The notes beneath the pieces are model-generated. The model was given only the letters and a program-made list of their open reading frames with translations. It was not told where the DNA came from and did not search any database. 64,000 nucleotides of DNA from NCBI GenBank assembly GCA_045651785.1, contig JAZRTE010000086.1:352-64351 (forward strand), given 5' to 3'. This document shows, piece after piece, positions 36,290 through 45,589 of this stretch (within the stretch, counting starts at the first letter, position 1; every line of letters begins with the position of its first letter). The translations under genes and the position numbers were made by a program. Source of the DNA: Eubacteriales bacterium. Lineage in GTDB: Bacteria > Bacillota > Clostridia > Oscillospirales > CAG-382.

Positions 36290-36757
36290 ATGGGACTGAT
36301 TGAATGTACAAGCGGCGCTTCTCTTTGGCGCGGCTATGATTATTACAAAGATAATAAAGTTAAGAATTTGATTGAAACATCTCCGGGGTTATTCACTGCC
36401 GATGTTGAAGGCAATTCTGATGAGCCTTACATTGTAGAGATCGATATTGCGCACCCTCGAAAATCCAAATGCAACTGTCCTCATGCAGACGGAAAACGTA
36501 TCGTGTGTAAGCATATGATGGCGGTATATTTCACTGCCTTTCCGGAAGAAGCTCAACGAATCTATAATGAAGCAATGGCTTATCAGGACCAAGCTGACAA
36601 GCGCGCCGAAGAGCTCTATGAAAAGGTCCGTCAATGTGTTTGGAAAATGAAGAAAAGCGAAGCTCAGCAAGCTTTACTTGAAGTGCTCTTCGATGGACCG
36701 GAATGGCAATTTGATAGATTTGTAAGAGAACACGATTTGGAGGATGACTATTATTAA
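36290..36757 (+). CDS. SWIM zinc-finger protein
   Basis: CNCPHADGKRIVCKHMMAVY fits the C-x-C-xn-C-x-H SWIM signature. 155 aa, AGAGG SD. Confidence 0.75.
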   Translation: MGLIECTSGASLWRGYDYYKDNKVKNLIETSPGLFTADVEGNSDEPYIVEIDIAHPRKSKCNCPHADGKRIVCKHMMAVYFTAFPEEAQRIYNEAMAYQDQADKRAEELYEKVRQCVWKMKKSEAQQALLEVLFDGPEWQFDRFVREHDLEDDYY

Positions 36758-36778
36758 AATACAGAAGGGAGAAAATAC

Positions 36779-38365
36779 ATGAAAGCCGTAATTTACGCTC
36801 GATATTCATCGGACAATCAGCGTGAAGAAAGTATAGACGGGCAACTTCGTGAATGTATGGAATTTGCCCAATACAACGAAATGACCGTTGTTAATACATA
36901 TATTGATCGCGCTTTGTCCGCAAAAACAGATAATCGTCCTGAGTTTCAGCGAATGATAAAGGATAGCTACAAATGCAACTTTGATGTGGTGATCGTATGG
37001 AAGTTAGACCGTTTTGCACGTAACCGCTATGACTCGGCACACTATAAGGCACTTCTAAAAAAGAACCGTGTGCGTGTAGTATCTGCCAAAGAAACCATTT
37101 CTGAGGGCGCAGAGGGCATCCTGTTGGAATCTTTGCTTGAAGGTTATGCAGAGTACTATTCCGTAGAACTTGCTGAAAAAGTTAAACGAGGGCTTACAGA
37201 GAACGCACTGAAAGGCGTTTGGAACGGCGGTACGGTTCCTTTTGGTTATGTCGTCAACAAACAAACTCACAAGTTGGAGATCGATCCACTTGCAGCAGAT
37301 GTTGTTCGTGAAATCTTTGATATGGCTTACGACGGCAAAACAGTCAAAGAGATTCACCGTTATTTAGAAGAAAAGAATATTACGCGTTCTAATGGCAAAC
37401 CGCTTCGCTATAATGCAGTGCGCTATATTCTCTCCAATCGCACGTACATAGGCGAATACAATCATTCGGGTGTATTGATTGAAGATGGTGTTCCCGCAAT
37501 CATTGAAAAGGATCGTTTTGAAAGGGTTCAAAGTGAATTAAAAAAGAACTCCAAAGCACCTGCACGTCATACCGCAGACGATGATTATCTTCTCACAACC
37601 AAATTGTTCTGCGGCAAATGCGGAGCAATGATGGTGGCACAGGCCGGTACAAGTCATACGGGAAAAGTACACCGCTATTATGCTTGTGTCCGTCAGAAAA
37701 AGCACAAGTGCAACAAGAAGATGATGCACAAGGAAAAACTTGAAAATTTCATCGTATATAAGACGATGGAGATTTTGAAAAATGATTCTGTGATTGAAGA
37801 ACTCTCGGCTCTACTTTACAATCTACAGTACAACGAAAGCACGGTTCTTCCCCAATTGGAACAGCAGTTGAAAGAACGCGAGAAAGAGATCGAAAACATT
37901 GTAAATGTTATTCAGCAAGGAATTGCATCTCAAGCGTTGGTAAAACGTCTTGGTGAACTTGAAGCATCAAAGAACGAAATCAGCGACGCCATTATCAAAG
38001 AGCAAATTCAGTCACCGACCTACACGCAGGACGAATACAGAATGGCTCTTACAAACTATCGAAAGATCGACATTACTCAGCAAGACGGTAAAAGAAAAAT
38101 CATCGACACATTCATCAATGCCATTTATGTGTACGATGACCATTTCAAAATCGTATATAACGGTAACAACAAAGAGGAGACAGTTAGTCTTGAAGCACTC
38201 GAAAACAGTTCAACCTTGTTTTCATCCGGTGCACCAGAAAAAACGACAAGTTTCGACTTGTCGTTTTTTCAGTTATATTCGCCTTGCGGCGAGTTATATT
38301 GCTTCACAGTTATAATTTGCTATTGCCGAGTGGTATTGCCTTCGGCGGTTAAAAGGCGAATATAA
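36779..38365 (+). CDS. Large serine recombinase (resolvase/invertase N-domain, recombinase domain, zinc ribbon, coiled-coil)
   Basis: Has the catalytic serine motif AVIYARYSSDNQ, VVIVWKLDRFARN, and the zinc ribbon CGKCGAMM...YYAC. The last ~45 codons run through a terminator-like hairpin into Cys-rich, repeat-laden sequence, so the true C-terminus may be earlier. Confidence 0.9.
   Translation: MKAVIYARYSSDNQREESIDGQLRECMEFAQYNEMTVVNTYIDRALSAKTDNRPEFQRMIKDSYKCNFDVVIVWKLDRFARNRYDSAHYKALLKKNRVRVVSAKETISEGAEGILLESLLEGYAEYYSVELAEKVKRGLTENALKGVWNGGTVPFGYVVNKQTHKLEIDPLAADVVREIFDMAYDGKTVKEIHRYLEEKNITRSNGKPLRYNAVRYILSNRTYIGEYNHSGVLIEDGVPAIIEKDRFERVQSELKKNSKAPARHTADDDYLLTTKLFCGKCGAMMVAQAGTSHTGKVHRYYACVRQKKHKCNKKMMHKEKLENFIVYKTMEILKNDSVIEELSALLYNLQYNESTVLPQLEQQLKEREKEIENIVNVIQQGIASQALVKRLGELEASKNEISDAIIKEQIQSPTYTQDEYRMALTNYRKIDITQQDGKRKIIDTFINAIYVYDDHFKIVYNGNNKEETVSLEALENSSTLFSSGAPEKTTSFDLSFFQLYSPCGELYCFTVIICYCRVVLPSAVKRRI
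38238..38269. terminator. Perfect 14-bp hairpin with UUCG loop inside the 3' end of the serine recombinase ORF
   Basis: AAAAAACGACAAGT-ttcg-ACTTGTCGTTTTTT. A/T tracts on both sides give a bidirectional terminator shape. Confidence 0.6.
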
Positions 38366-38444
38366 TACCGCAGCGAAACGAAGTGGAGCAATATCACTAC
38401 GAGCAAAGCAAGTAATATCACCCCGCCGAAAACGGAATATCACT
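38271..38444. repeat. Symmetric 3+3 array of a 9-mer (AGTTATATT x3 direct, then AGTGATATT x3 inverted)
   Basis: AGTTATATT occurs at 38271 and 38292, and AGTTATAAT at 38308. On the plus strand, AATATCACT occurs at 38390, AATATCACC at 38414 and AATATCACT at 38436; these are the reverse complement AGTGATATT. TATTGCC x2 and a TATATTCGCC / GGCGAATATA inverted pair lie between the two triplets. Confidence 0.55.
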
Positions 38445-38641
38445 AAAAATATAACACAAACGCCTTGAGATCGGGACACTGTTGTCTACTCATGATTTAA
38501 AAACTTTCGTTATTTTTTATCAAAATCATCTACTTAACGCAAGGAATGATGCACCAAAGTCCGTTTTATTGTACACTATACGTTGTATAATACTATCAAA
38601 GCTTATAAAAGCGTTTATTGCGAAGAAACGAGGTGACTACG

Positions 38642-39982
38642 ATGAGTAATACCATAAGCAATGCAATCAGCAAACTTTCAAAAATTACCGAAAAGACACC
38701 TATTGATTGGGATGCTTTCGATTCCGTTCTGAAGCAATTAGAGGACATTAATGTCTATGATGACAAGTACGAAGAAACTATCCTGTCACAATTTTTAATG
38801 GATGGAGATTTCTATAAACGCGGCTTTGTCCTGTCAGATATAGTCCGTCATTTCCTTGCTTGCGGTTATGATGTTTCTGCAAACAACGGCTTAAACGGTG
38901 GTCTGGCACTTCATTCGCTTTGTTGGTCTTCGTATGATCATTACATTTTGGATGCTGCGAAAGTTCTAATGAATGCCGGAGCACCCGTTAAATACAAAAC
39001 CGATGACGACGATCCCGACGAAGAACCCATGGGTCTTCTTAGAAGCATCAGATGTAAGCTTTCAGGCGCATGGATGGTGGATAACGACTATGCTTGGGCG
39101 AATACGCTGCAAGCCTATTATGCTATGACAGAAGCCAATATTGCGGGAAAGGATTACAATTCAATCGATAATTATGTCACTTGTATTGGAAAACCACTTA
39201 CTGCTGTTTCGGCCATTAGGAATGGAGATACACTCACTTTGCAGAATGAGGGAGTTTTCTCGGTCTACTCAGAACCGATTGTTATGTATTTTGAAGACAC
39301 GCCTTTGGTTATTAGCATTTATTCGGACTTTATCGTAAATCCCGTGTATGCCGACGATAAGAAAAATGAGCTTTGCGATGTTACCGGTGTATTTTCCTCT
39401 GTCATTGGTGCAACGCTAAAAGAAGTACAATACATAGGCACAACGATTTGCTGTTTTGAATTTGACAATGGACAAAGACTGTTTTTTGCCGGCCGTGACA
39501 GCGGCAACAAAAAACGGGTCGGGATTTTTGAAATTCGTGCCAAAGACAACGCCGTTGATATCGAACGCCTCAAAATCGAAAGCATTTGCGGTATAAACGG
39601 AACTATATTTGCAAGTACCGTTACAGACTATGAAGAGGATGCGATCGCCATTTTCTGTGACGATGCAGCATATATTCTGTACACTTGTCCCGGAAGCAGC
39701 GATAAATACAAGTTTGGAATCTGCTCCTGCTCCAAAGAGTTGGTCAATGAATATGCGCGTCAATACACACTAAAGAACCACTCGCGGATTTCCTGTGTTT
39801 ACAAGCAAGACAATCTTCAAGCTATCCGTATCGATTACCCTGAAGGACACTTCTATATAGTCGCTACCGAAAACAGCAACATTGGAATTCGACTTAGCGA
39901 TAAACTGTATGACCCTTTAGATATCTACGCTTTTCTAAGTACGAAAGGAAAGCATATTGAGTTCCAAAAGCGAAAGATCTGA
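38642..39982 (+). CDS. Hypothetical protein with an ankyrin-like N-terminal segment
   Basis: Start moved to MSNTISNAI... (GAGGTG SD). GLNGGLALHSLCWSSYDHYILDAAKVLMNAGAPV resembles an ankyrin repeat. The rest is beta-rich and unassigned. Confidence 0.65.
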   Translation: MSNTISNAISKLSKITEKTPIDWDAFDSVLKQLEDINVYDDKYEETILSQFLMDGDFYKRGFVLSDIVRHFLACGYDVSANNGLNGGLALHSLCWSSYDHYILDAAKVLMNAGAPVKYKTDDDDPDEEPMGLLRSIRCKLSGAWMVDNDYAWANTLQAYYAMTEANIAGKDYNSIDNYVTCIGKPLTAVSAIRNGDTLTLQNEGVFSVYSEPIVMYFEDTPLVISIYSDFIVNPVYADDKKNELCDVTGVFSSVIGATLKEVQYIGTTICCFEFDNGQRLFFAGRDSGNKKRVGIFEIRAKDNAVDIERLKIESICGINGTIFASTVTDYEEDAIAIFCDDAAYILYTCPGSSDKYKFGICSCSKELVNEYARQYTLKNHSRISCVYKQDNLQAIRIDYPEGHFYIVATENSNIGIRLSDKLYDPLDIYAFLSTKGKHIEFQKRKI

Positions 39983-40014
39983 ACGTATATATGATGAAAG
40001 TCGGCAAATAAACA

Positions 40015-40050
40015 AAAAGCAGTAAACACGATAGCGTTTACTGCTTTTTT
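40015..40050. terminator. Bidirectional intrinsic terminator at the island/core junction
   Basis: AAAAAGCAGTAAAC-acgatagc-GTTTACTGCTTTTTT lies between convergent genes. Confidence 0.8.
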
Positions 40051-40051
40051 A

Positions 40052-41485
40052 CTACTTCAAATTCAATACGGATATTGCGTCGGTGATATTCTTTTCAAGC
40101 GCTTCGCGGCCGTACTTATCAACCTCGGCCTTATTCTTATCGCCGTGTGTAAGACATCCGGCGCCGCCGATACAGCCACCTATACATGCCATACCCTCGA
40201 TGAAGTTGCCATCAAGAATACCCTTGCTGAGCTTAAGTAAAGCGATTCTGCACGCTTCAATACCGTCACAAACAACGGGTTTGATTTCAAAGTCGATATT
40301 TTGCTCCTTCATTGCTTGTGCCGCAGCATCGGTAAGACCACCGCTGCGTGCAAATATACGTCCGAAATACGAAGCGTTATCAAGCACACCCTCTTCAAGA
40401 GAAGCAATATCGAGATCGCGACTATCAAAGAGCGCTTGCAGTTCTTCAAACGTCAATACTGCATCAACATAGTCCTTAACACTGTCAAGCTTAGCTTCTG
40501 CTTTTTTAGCTGTACACGGGCCGATAAATACGACCTTTGCATTAGGTGTGTTTTCCTTAATATATTTCGCCAGCGCCGCCATGGGAGAAAGATTGTGCGA
40601 TATATATTTTTCAAGATCGGGGAAAGTGGACCTTATGTACTGAACGAATGCAGGACAGCAAGAGCTTGTAAGTATCCCCTTTTCGGAAAGCTCGCGCGCT
40701 TCGGACATGGCAACCATATCTGCGCCGAGAGCCGCTTCGATAACATCATGGAAGCCAAGCTCCTTCAAGCCGGAAACAACTTGTCCGAGCTTTGCGTAAG
40801 AAAACTGGCTCGAAATAGAGGGTGCAACGATTGCAAACACTCTGTCGCCGTTTTCAACGTAGCGGCTACCGTTTTTAAGTATTTCGATAGCATCGATAAT
40901 AAAAGACTTATCGGTAATTGCGCCAAACGGGCACTGATAAACGCAGGCTCCGCATTGGATGCATTTTGAATTATCGATTTTAGCTTCGTTATTCTCATTC
41001 ATAGAAATTGCTTTAACTTTGCAAGCGTTCTGACAAGGACGCTTACGACTTACGATGGCGGTAAATGGACAAACCTTTGCACAAGCGCCGCATTCCTTAC
41101 ACTTGGATTTATCGATATGAGCGACGTGATCCTCATCAAAAGTGAGCGCACCGAATTTACAAACGTCTTCGCAACGGTGAGCCAAACAACCGCGGCAAGC
41201 GTTGGTAACCTCATATCCGCCGACGGGACATTCATCGCAGGCAATTTCAAGGACTTCGATTATATTGGGATTCTCTTTATTTCCTCCCATTGCAAGCTTT
41301 ACACGTTCAGCCAATATAGCTCTTTCCTTATAAACGCAACAACGCATTGTAGGTCTGTTGCCCGGAACAAGCTTTTTGGGAACGTTCAAAAGATCTTCAA
41401 CCAAAGTATCGTTCCAAGCAAGTCTTGCAACTTCACGCAATACTTTATATTTAAGATGTTGAACCTTTGTGTCAAATTTTCTCAT
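40052..41485 (-). CDS. [FeFe] hydrogenase catalytic subunit with N-terminal ferredoxin-like clusters
   Basis: H-cluster motifs are present: TSSCCPAFVQYI (L1), FIGPCTAKKAEA (L2) and MACIGGCIGGAGC (L3). Two CxxCxxCxxxCP motifs lie upstream. ATG at 41485 after AAGGGGTG. Confidence 0.85.
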   Translation of the reverse strand: MRKFDTKVQHLKYKVLREVARLAWNDTLVEDLLNVPKKLVPGNRPTMRCCVYKERAILAERVKLAMGGNKENPNIIEVLEIACDECPVGGYEVTNACRGCLAHRCEDVCKFGALTFDEDHVAHIDKSKCKECGACAKVCPFTAIVSRKRPCQNACKVKAISMNENNEAKIDNSKCIQCGACVYQCPFGAITDKSFIIDAIEILKNGSRYVENGDRVFAIVAPSISSQFSYAKLGQVVSGLKELGFHDVIEAALGADMVAMSEARELSEKGILTSSCCPAFVQYIRSTFPDLEKYISHNLSPMAALAKYIKENTPNAKVVFIGPCTAKKAEAKLDSVKDYVDAVLTFEELQALFDSRDLDIASLEEGVLDNASYFGRIFARSGGLTDAAAQAMKEQNIDFEIKPVVCDGIEACRIALLKLSKGILDGNFIEGMACIGGCIGGAGCLTHGDKNKAEVDKYGREALEKNITDAISVLNLK

Positions 41486-41496
41486 CAAAGCACCCC

Positions 41497-42444
41497 TTAG
41501 ATATTGGCACCCTTAATAACTGCCTTAAGTGCTTCAGCAGATGCGTGAAGCTTTTGGAATTCATCATCACTCAGTTTTTGAGTTAAGATCGACCGTACGC
41601 CGTTAGAATCCACCAAAGACAAGGAGCTCAAGCAAACGTCCGAGATACCGTATTCGCCCTCATGCAAGGAAGAAACGGTAAGCGCTGTTTCGGCATTGCC
41701 TGCCAAGGTATTAACGATATGAGTGCTGGACATTGCGATACCGTAAACGGTGCAGCCCTTACGGGAAATAATCTTACCGCCGGACTTTCTTACGTAGTTT
41801 TCTACGTCGTCACGCTTATATTCGGTGGGAAGATTATATGCGGAAGCGATTGACGCGTTGTATTCGTCAACAGGCACACCCGCAATAGTAGCAGAAGACC
41901 ATGCTACGAACGAAGTATCGCCGTGCTCACCAAGCACGTTTGCGTGAACCTGTTGCTTATTTACGTGATAGATTTCTGCAAGACGTGTGCGGAGACGTAT
42001 TGTATCAAGAACTGTACCCGTACCCATAACCTGACTTTTGGGAAGACCGGTGTATTTAATGAAAGCATAGGTCAAAATATCCACAGGATTTGCAACAAGA
42101 ATATAAATAGCGTTCGGAGCATATTTAACGATCTCATTTGCAATGCTCTTAATAATGCCGACGTTGGTTTGAACAAGCTCAAGACGAGTTTGTCCGGGCT
42201 TTCTGCCTATACCCGAGGTAATAATAACAACGTCCGAGCCAACAGCATCGCGGTAGTCACCTGCATAAATATCGCAGTTTGCAAGGAAGGGCGTAGCTTG
42301 TTTAATGTCAAGAGCTTCGCCGAGCGCCTTTTCGGTATTGATGTCTATCAAAACGACTTCGGAAGCAGCTCCTCTTGCAAGTAAGGAATAAGCAGTGGTA
42401 GAACCAACCGCACCTGCACCGATGATTGTTACTTTTTTCTGCAT
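41497..42444 (-). CDS. ldh: L-lactate dehydrogenase
   Basis: Has the Rossmann motif VTIIGAGAVGSTTAYS, the substrate/catalytic pattern GEHGDT, and typical LDH length of 315 aa. Confidence 0.9.
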   Translation of the reverse strand: MQKKVTIIGAGAVGSTTAYSLLARGAASEVVLIDINTEKALGEALDIKQATPFLANCDIYAGDYRDAVGSDVVIITSGIGRKPGQTRLELVQTNVGIIKSIANEIVKYAPNAIYILVANPVDILTYAFIKYTGLPKSQVMGTGTVLDTIRLRTRLAEIYHVNKQQVHANVLGEHGDTSFVAWSSATIAGVPVDEYNASIASAYNLPTEYKRDDVENYVRKSGGKIISRKGCTVYGIAMSSTHIVNTLAGNAETALTVSSLHEGEYGISDVCLSSLSLVDSNGVRSILTQKLSDDEFQKLHASAEALKAVIKGANI

Positions 42445-42470
42445 TTCATTTCTCCCTCAATTAATTTTAT

Positions 42471-43643
42471 TTAGAAATAACTTACTTTTATACGTTTACC
42501 CATTTTCTTCAAGCAAGCGGAAAGCTCATCGACCAAATTCATTTTAATATTGAAATTAATGGGCAAATCGGGGTTTTGATGCGCCGGATTGACCGCGCGC
42601 CCAACAAAAAAGTTGATATCGGTCGCTTCTTCAAAAAGCAATCGACTTATAAGCGCTGCACCGTCACGTTTGAAATTCCATTGCTCATACAGCGCATTCT
42701 CGTTTAGATAATCTTTAGCGTACTGAATAACCTTATTCATCGTAATAACGCCTTCTGTAACAAGGTCAACTCCTTCTATCGTGGCGATAGGAGGAACATC
42801 GCTCCGTTCAAAGCTCAAGCTTGCTTTTACAGGCTTACCGAGAAATTTGGCAGCTATAGAAGACGTTGTACCGCCGCAAACAATATGTTTGCCTTCTTTG
42901 GAAAAGAACAGCGACATCATTCTGTTTGCATCATCACGATTTGAAGGAGGACCGAAAAGAATGTTCATCGGTTCCCGCTTTCTGATCTTGACCACGCACG
43001 CCGTCGTATCATCACCGGGTTGGAATCCGTAAAGGCGGTCACATTCGTCGACTAACATTGTTGAAAGATTCTTTGCTGTATAACCGCCTGCTACAAGCGC
43101 CTGCATATATTCGGCAATCTCTTCTCTCCTCCAACCGAAATTGTAGGTGATACCAAGACCGGCATGGGGACATCCGTCGCTAAGTGCAACAAACACGTCG
43201 TTTTCCTGCAATTTGAACGTAGACGTAAATATCTTTTTGCCGCCTATGTTCATTTCGGTTTTGGGATAGTTGTATTGCTCATAATCGCGAATGACGATTA
43301 CATGAGGATTATCGTACTGAATGACCTCGGCAGTCTCATTATTGATCAAATGGATTATCGTAAAGGTTGAATAAGCAACACCGCGTACCGAACAAACAGG
43401 AAGCGTTGCGGCAATCGTGGAAACACATTCCTCTATCGGCAAGCCCGCCGCCATCATAGTTGAAATGATTTTAGATGTAAGTGTTGAAAGAATGCTCGCT
43501 TTTACGCCGCTGCCAAGTCCGTCGGCAAGAACGATCACAGTAGAATTTTCATTTTCCTCAACGATATCGACGTGGTCACCGCAAAGCTCTTCGCCGTAAT
43601 GATTGATGCTCTTATATCCAATATCTGCGCAAAGATCATTCAT
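42471..43643 (-). CDS. SpoIIE/PP2C-family serine phosphatase with an unassigned C-terminal domain
   Basis: Shows the N-terminal PP2C pattern (GEELCGDHVDIVE ... VLADGLGSGVKASILS ... LSDGCPHAG ... DDTTACVVKI). Its start overlaps the HydS stop in ATGAATGA. Confidence 0.8.
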   Translation of the reverse strand: MNDLCADIGYKSINHYGEELCGDHVDIVEENENSTVIVLADGLGSGVKASILSTLTSKIISTMMAAGLPIEECVSTIAATLPVCSVRGVAYSTFTIIHLINNETAEVIQYDNPHVIVIRDYEQYNYPKTEMNIGGKKIFTSTFKLQENDVFVALSDGCPHAGLGITYNFGWRREEIAEYMQALVAGGYTAKNLSTMLVDECDRLYGFQPGDDTTACVVKIRKREPMNILFGPPSNRDDANRMMSLFFSKEGKHIVCGGTTSSIAAKFLGKPVKASLSFERSDVPPIATIEGVDLVTEGVITMNKVIQYAKDYLNENALYEQWNFKRDGAALISRLLFEEATDINFFVGRAVNPAHQNPDLPINFNIKMNLVDELSACLKKMGKRIKVSYF

Positions 43644-45315
43644 CGTTGATCGACTCCTTTAACTTCGTAAGCGCAATTTTGGTTTCTGCGGCAGTTTCGC
43701 CGAGAAGCGATGCGATCTCCTGAACGATACGCATTTGCTTTTCAACTACCATATCTGCTACCTCAAGTGTTTTTTGGTTAAATGTATTTTTCTTAACCCG
43801 CTCTTCCTCGGAATCTGTTACGTCTCTCATAATGCCGACTATCATATGTGTTTCGTTATCATATACGACAGTTTGCTCAACATAACGTTTATACTCAGCC
43901 AAATACGTGAGCTGGTTGCGAACGGTTCTGCCGCTGTTTTTAACCTGCATGAAAATACTCGGATCAAGTATTCTGATAACCGGCTCACCGAGAACGTCTG
44001 ATTCTGCACGAATATTCATAATTCTGCGAGCAGATTCGTTTATCTGCTGAACCTCAAGATTTTCGTTAAGAACTATAAGACCGTTCGGGGTGTTCTTTAC
44101 TATGGTATCCGAAAAGCTTTCCGCCTTATCCTTAAGATACGGTAAGCACATCGAAATTTCAGCCTTACCCTGAATGATGGCGATCGCCTTTTCACGGCAG
44201 GAATTATAACCGCAAGAGCCGCAATTTAACTCGTCAGAAGTCTTAAATTTGCCCATTTGGCGAAGCACCGACATAATTTCGGATTCAGAGGGCGTTGCAA
44301 GCTTATGCTCAATCGCCGTGAAATGCTTTTTAAGATTCAGAGAATCGGGTTGTTGAACTTCAAAATCTTTTTCGCCGGCATATTCAGAAACCGTAATGAA
44401 ATCCTTTATAGGTGATGCGTTGTGATATTTTTCCATAACGGGGCCACCTACGCAGCTGCCAACACACGCGGACATTTCGATAAAGCAACGGTGTATTTTT
44501 CCGTTTTCGATATCCTTTAACGCAGATACACAGTTATCAACACCGTCGATCGCCAAATAGGTATATCCGGGCGCATCCTGAGCCATTGTTTTTAAAACAC
44601 CGCCGGTTGTCGGGAAAAAGCGCGCTCGGCTGTTGACGTTATTGTCCCTTTCGGGTATAAGCTCGATATTTTCTGCCTTGAGCCAGTTGGAAAGCTCTTC
44701 GAAGGTAAGAACGGCGTCAACTAAACCCTCATAATATTCCGCTTCATCCTTCTTTGCAACGCACGGACCGATAAAGAGCGTTTTAGCATTGGGCATCCTT
44801 CTCTTAATATCAGCGCAATGCGCTTGCATAGGCGACATAACGTCTGCAAGATATTCAAGACAGGAGGGAAAATATTTTTGTATAAGCAGATTTATGGAAT
44901 GACAACAAGACGCTATAACAACATCTCTTTCCTCTTCCATAAGCATACGCTCATATTCGTTTTTAACGATCGTTGCACCGATAGCGGTTTCTTCGACATC
45001 ATAAAATCCAAGTTGCTTTAATGCTTGACGCATGGATTCAATTCCGATACCGTTATAGTTTGCGATAAAGGACGGAGCAAGGCTAACAACGACAGGGTCG
45101 CCGCTTTGAAGCAAAACTCTTGCCTTTTCGGTACCGTCGACTATCTCTTTAGCATTTTGGGGGCAAACAACAAAGCAACGACCGCACAAAATACACTCAT
45201 TACCGATAATATGGGCTTGATTTCCCGAAAAGCGTATGGCTTTTACAGGACAGTTGCGAATACATTTATAGCAATTCTTGCAATTGGATTTTTTCAAGGT
45301 TAAGCAATTCGCCAT
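43636..45315 (-). CDS. hydS: Sensory (group C, HydS-like) [FeFe] hydrogenase with a C-terminal PAS domain
   Basis: Has N-terminal CxxCxxCxxxCP ferredoxin motifs. The H-cluster motifs are altered: ASCCHSINLL instead of TSCCP, FIGPCVAKKDEA, and MSACVGSCVGGP. An extra CGSCGYNSC cluster motif and then a PAS fold (NTPNGLIVLNENLEVQQINESARRIM...) follow. Confidence 0.8.
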   Translation of the reverse strand: MANCLTLKKSNCKNCYKCIRNCPVKAIRFSGNQAHIIGNECILCGRCFVVCPQNAKEIVDGTEKARVLLQSGDPVVVSLAPSFIANYNGIGIESMRQALKQLGFYDVEETAIGATIVKNEYERMLMEEERDVVIASCCHSINLLIQKYFPSCLEYLADVMSPMQAHCADIKRRMPNAKTLFIGPCVAKKDEAEYYEGLVDAVLTFEELSNWLKAENIELIPERDNNVNSRARFFPTTGGVLKTMAQDAPGYTYLAIDGVDNCVSALKDIENGKIHRCFIEMSACVGSCVGGPVMEKYHNASPIKDFITVSEYAGEKDFEVQQPDSLNLKKHFTAIEHKLATPSESEIMSVLRQMGKFKTSDELNCGSCGYNSCREKAIAIIQGKAEISMCLPYLKDKAESFSDTIVKNTPNGLIVLNENLEVQQINESARRIMNIRAESDVLGEPVIRILDPSIFMQVKNSGRTVRNQLTYLAEYKRYVEQTVVYDNETHMIVGIMRDVTDSEEERVKKNTFNQKTLEVADMVVEKQMRIVQEIASLLGETAAETKIALTKLKESINDE

Positions 45316-45320
45316 ATTTC

Positions 45321-45584
45321 TTACTTCCCTTCGTTTACAGCAACCGCAAGTATATTCTTCTTGAAAAATTCATTAAAATTTTCACGAGTTACACCAACGT
45401 GCACTTCATCATTGACTTGAACGGTTACACCGACACGATTACACTTTCCGACGCAAAACGTACCTGCAAGCTCAACCTTGTCATTGAGTTTATTTTCTTC
45501 TATCGCCTGCATCAAAAGCTCGACAATATCCTGCGAGCCCTTTAAATGACAAGACGAGCCGACGCAAACATTAACGTGTACCAT
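45321..45584 (-). CDS. Thioredoxin-like [2Fe-2S] ferredoxin (NuoE/HndA-type small protein)
   Basis: 87 aa with the Cys pattern VCVGSSCHLKG ... FCVGKCN. Confidence 0.75.
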   Translation of the reverse strand: MVHVNVCVGSSCHLKGSQDIVELLMQAIEENKLNDKVELAGTFCVGKCNRVGVTVQVNDEVHVGVTRENFNEFFKKNILAVAVNEGK

Positions 45585-45589
45585 AAAAA

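Larger units (their letters stand above)
28004..40014. mobile_element. Integrated genomic island or composite integrative element next to tRNA-Leu (boundaries approximate)
   Basis: A tyrosine integrase lies ~400 nt from the tRNA 3' end, and there are also a large serine recombinase, an Xis-like HTH and an XRE repressor. Composition is visibly more AT-rich than the flanks, and all cargo is hypothetical. Core metabolic genes resume at 40052. No att direct repeat was found by eye. Confidence 0.6.

Noticed and set aside
27952-40050. A direct repeat of the tRNA-Leu 3' end (…GGTTCAAGTCCTGCTACCCGCACCA) that would mark attR of the island.
   Set aside because: I scanned by eye for CAAGTCC and ACCCGCACC-type strings within 28-40 kb and found none. 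The boundaries are therefore given as approximate and no att sites are claimed. A computational repeat search is needed.
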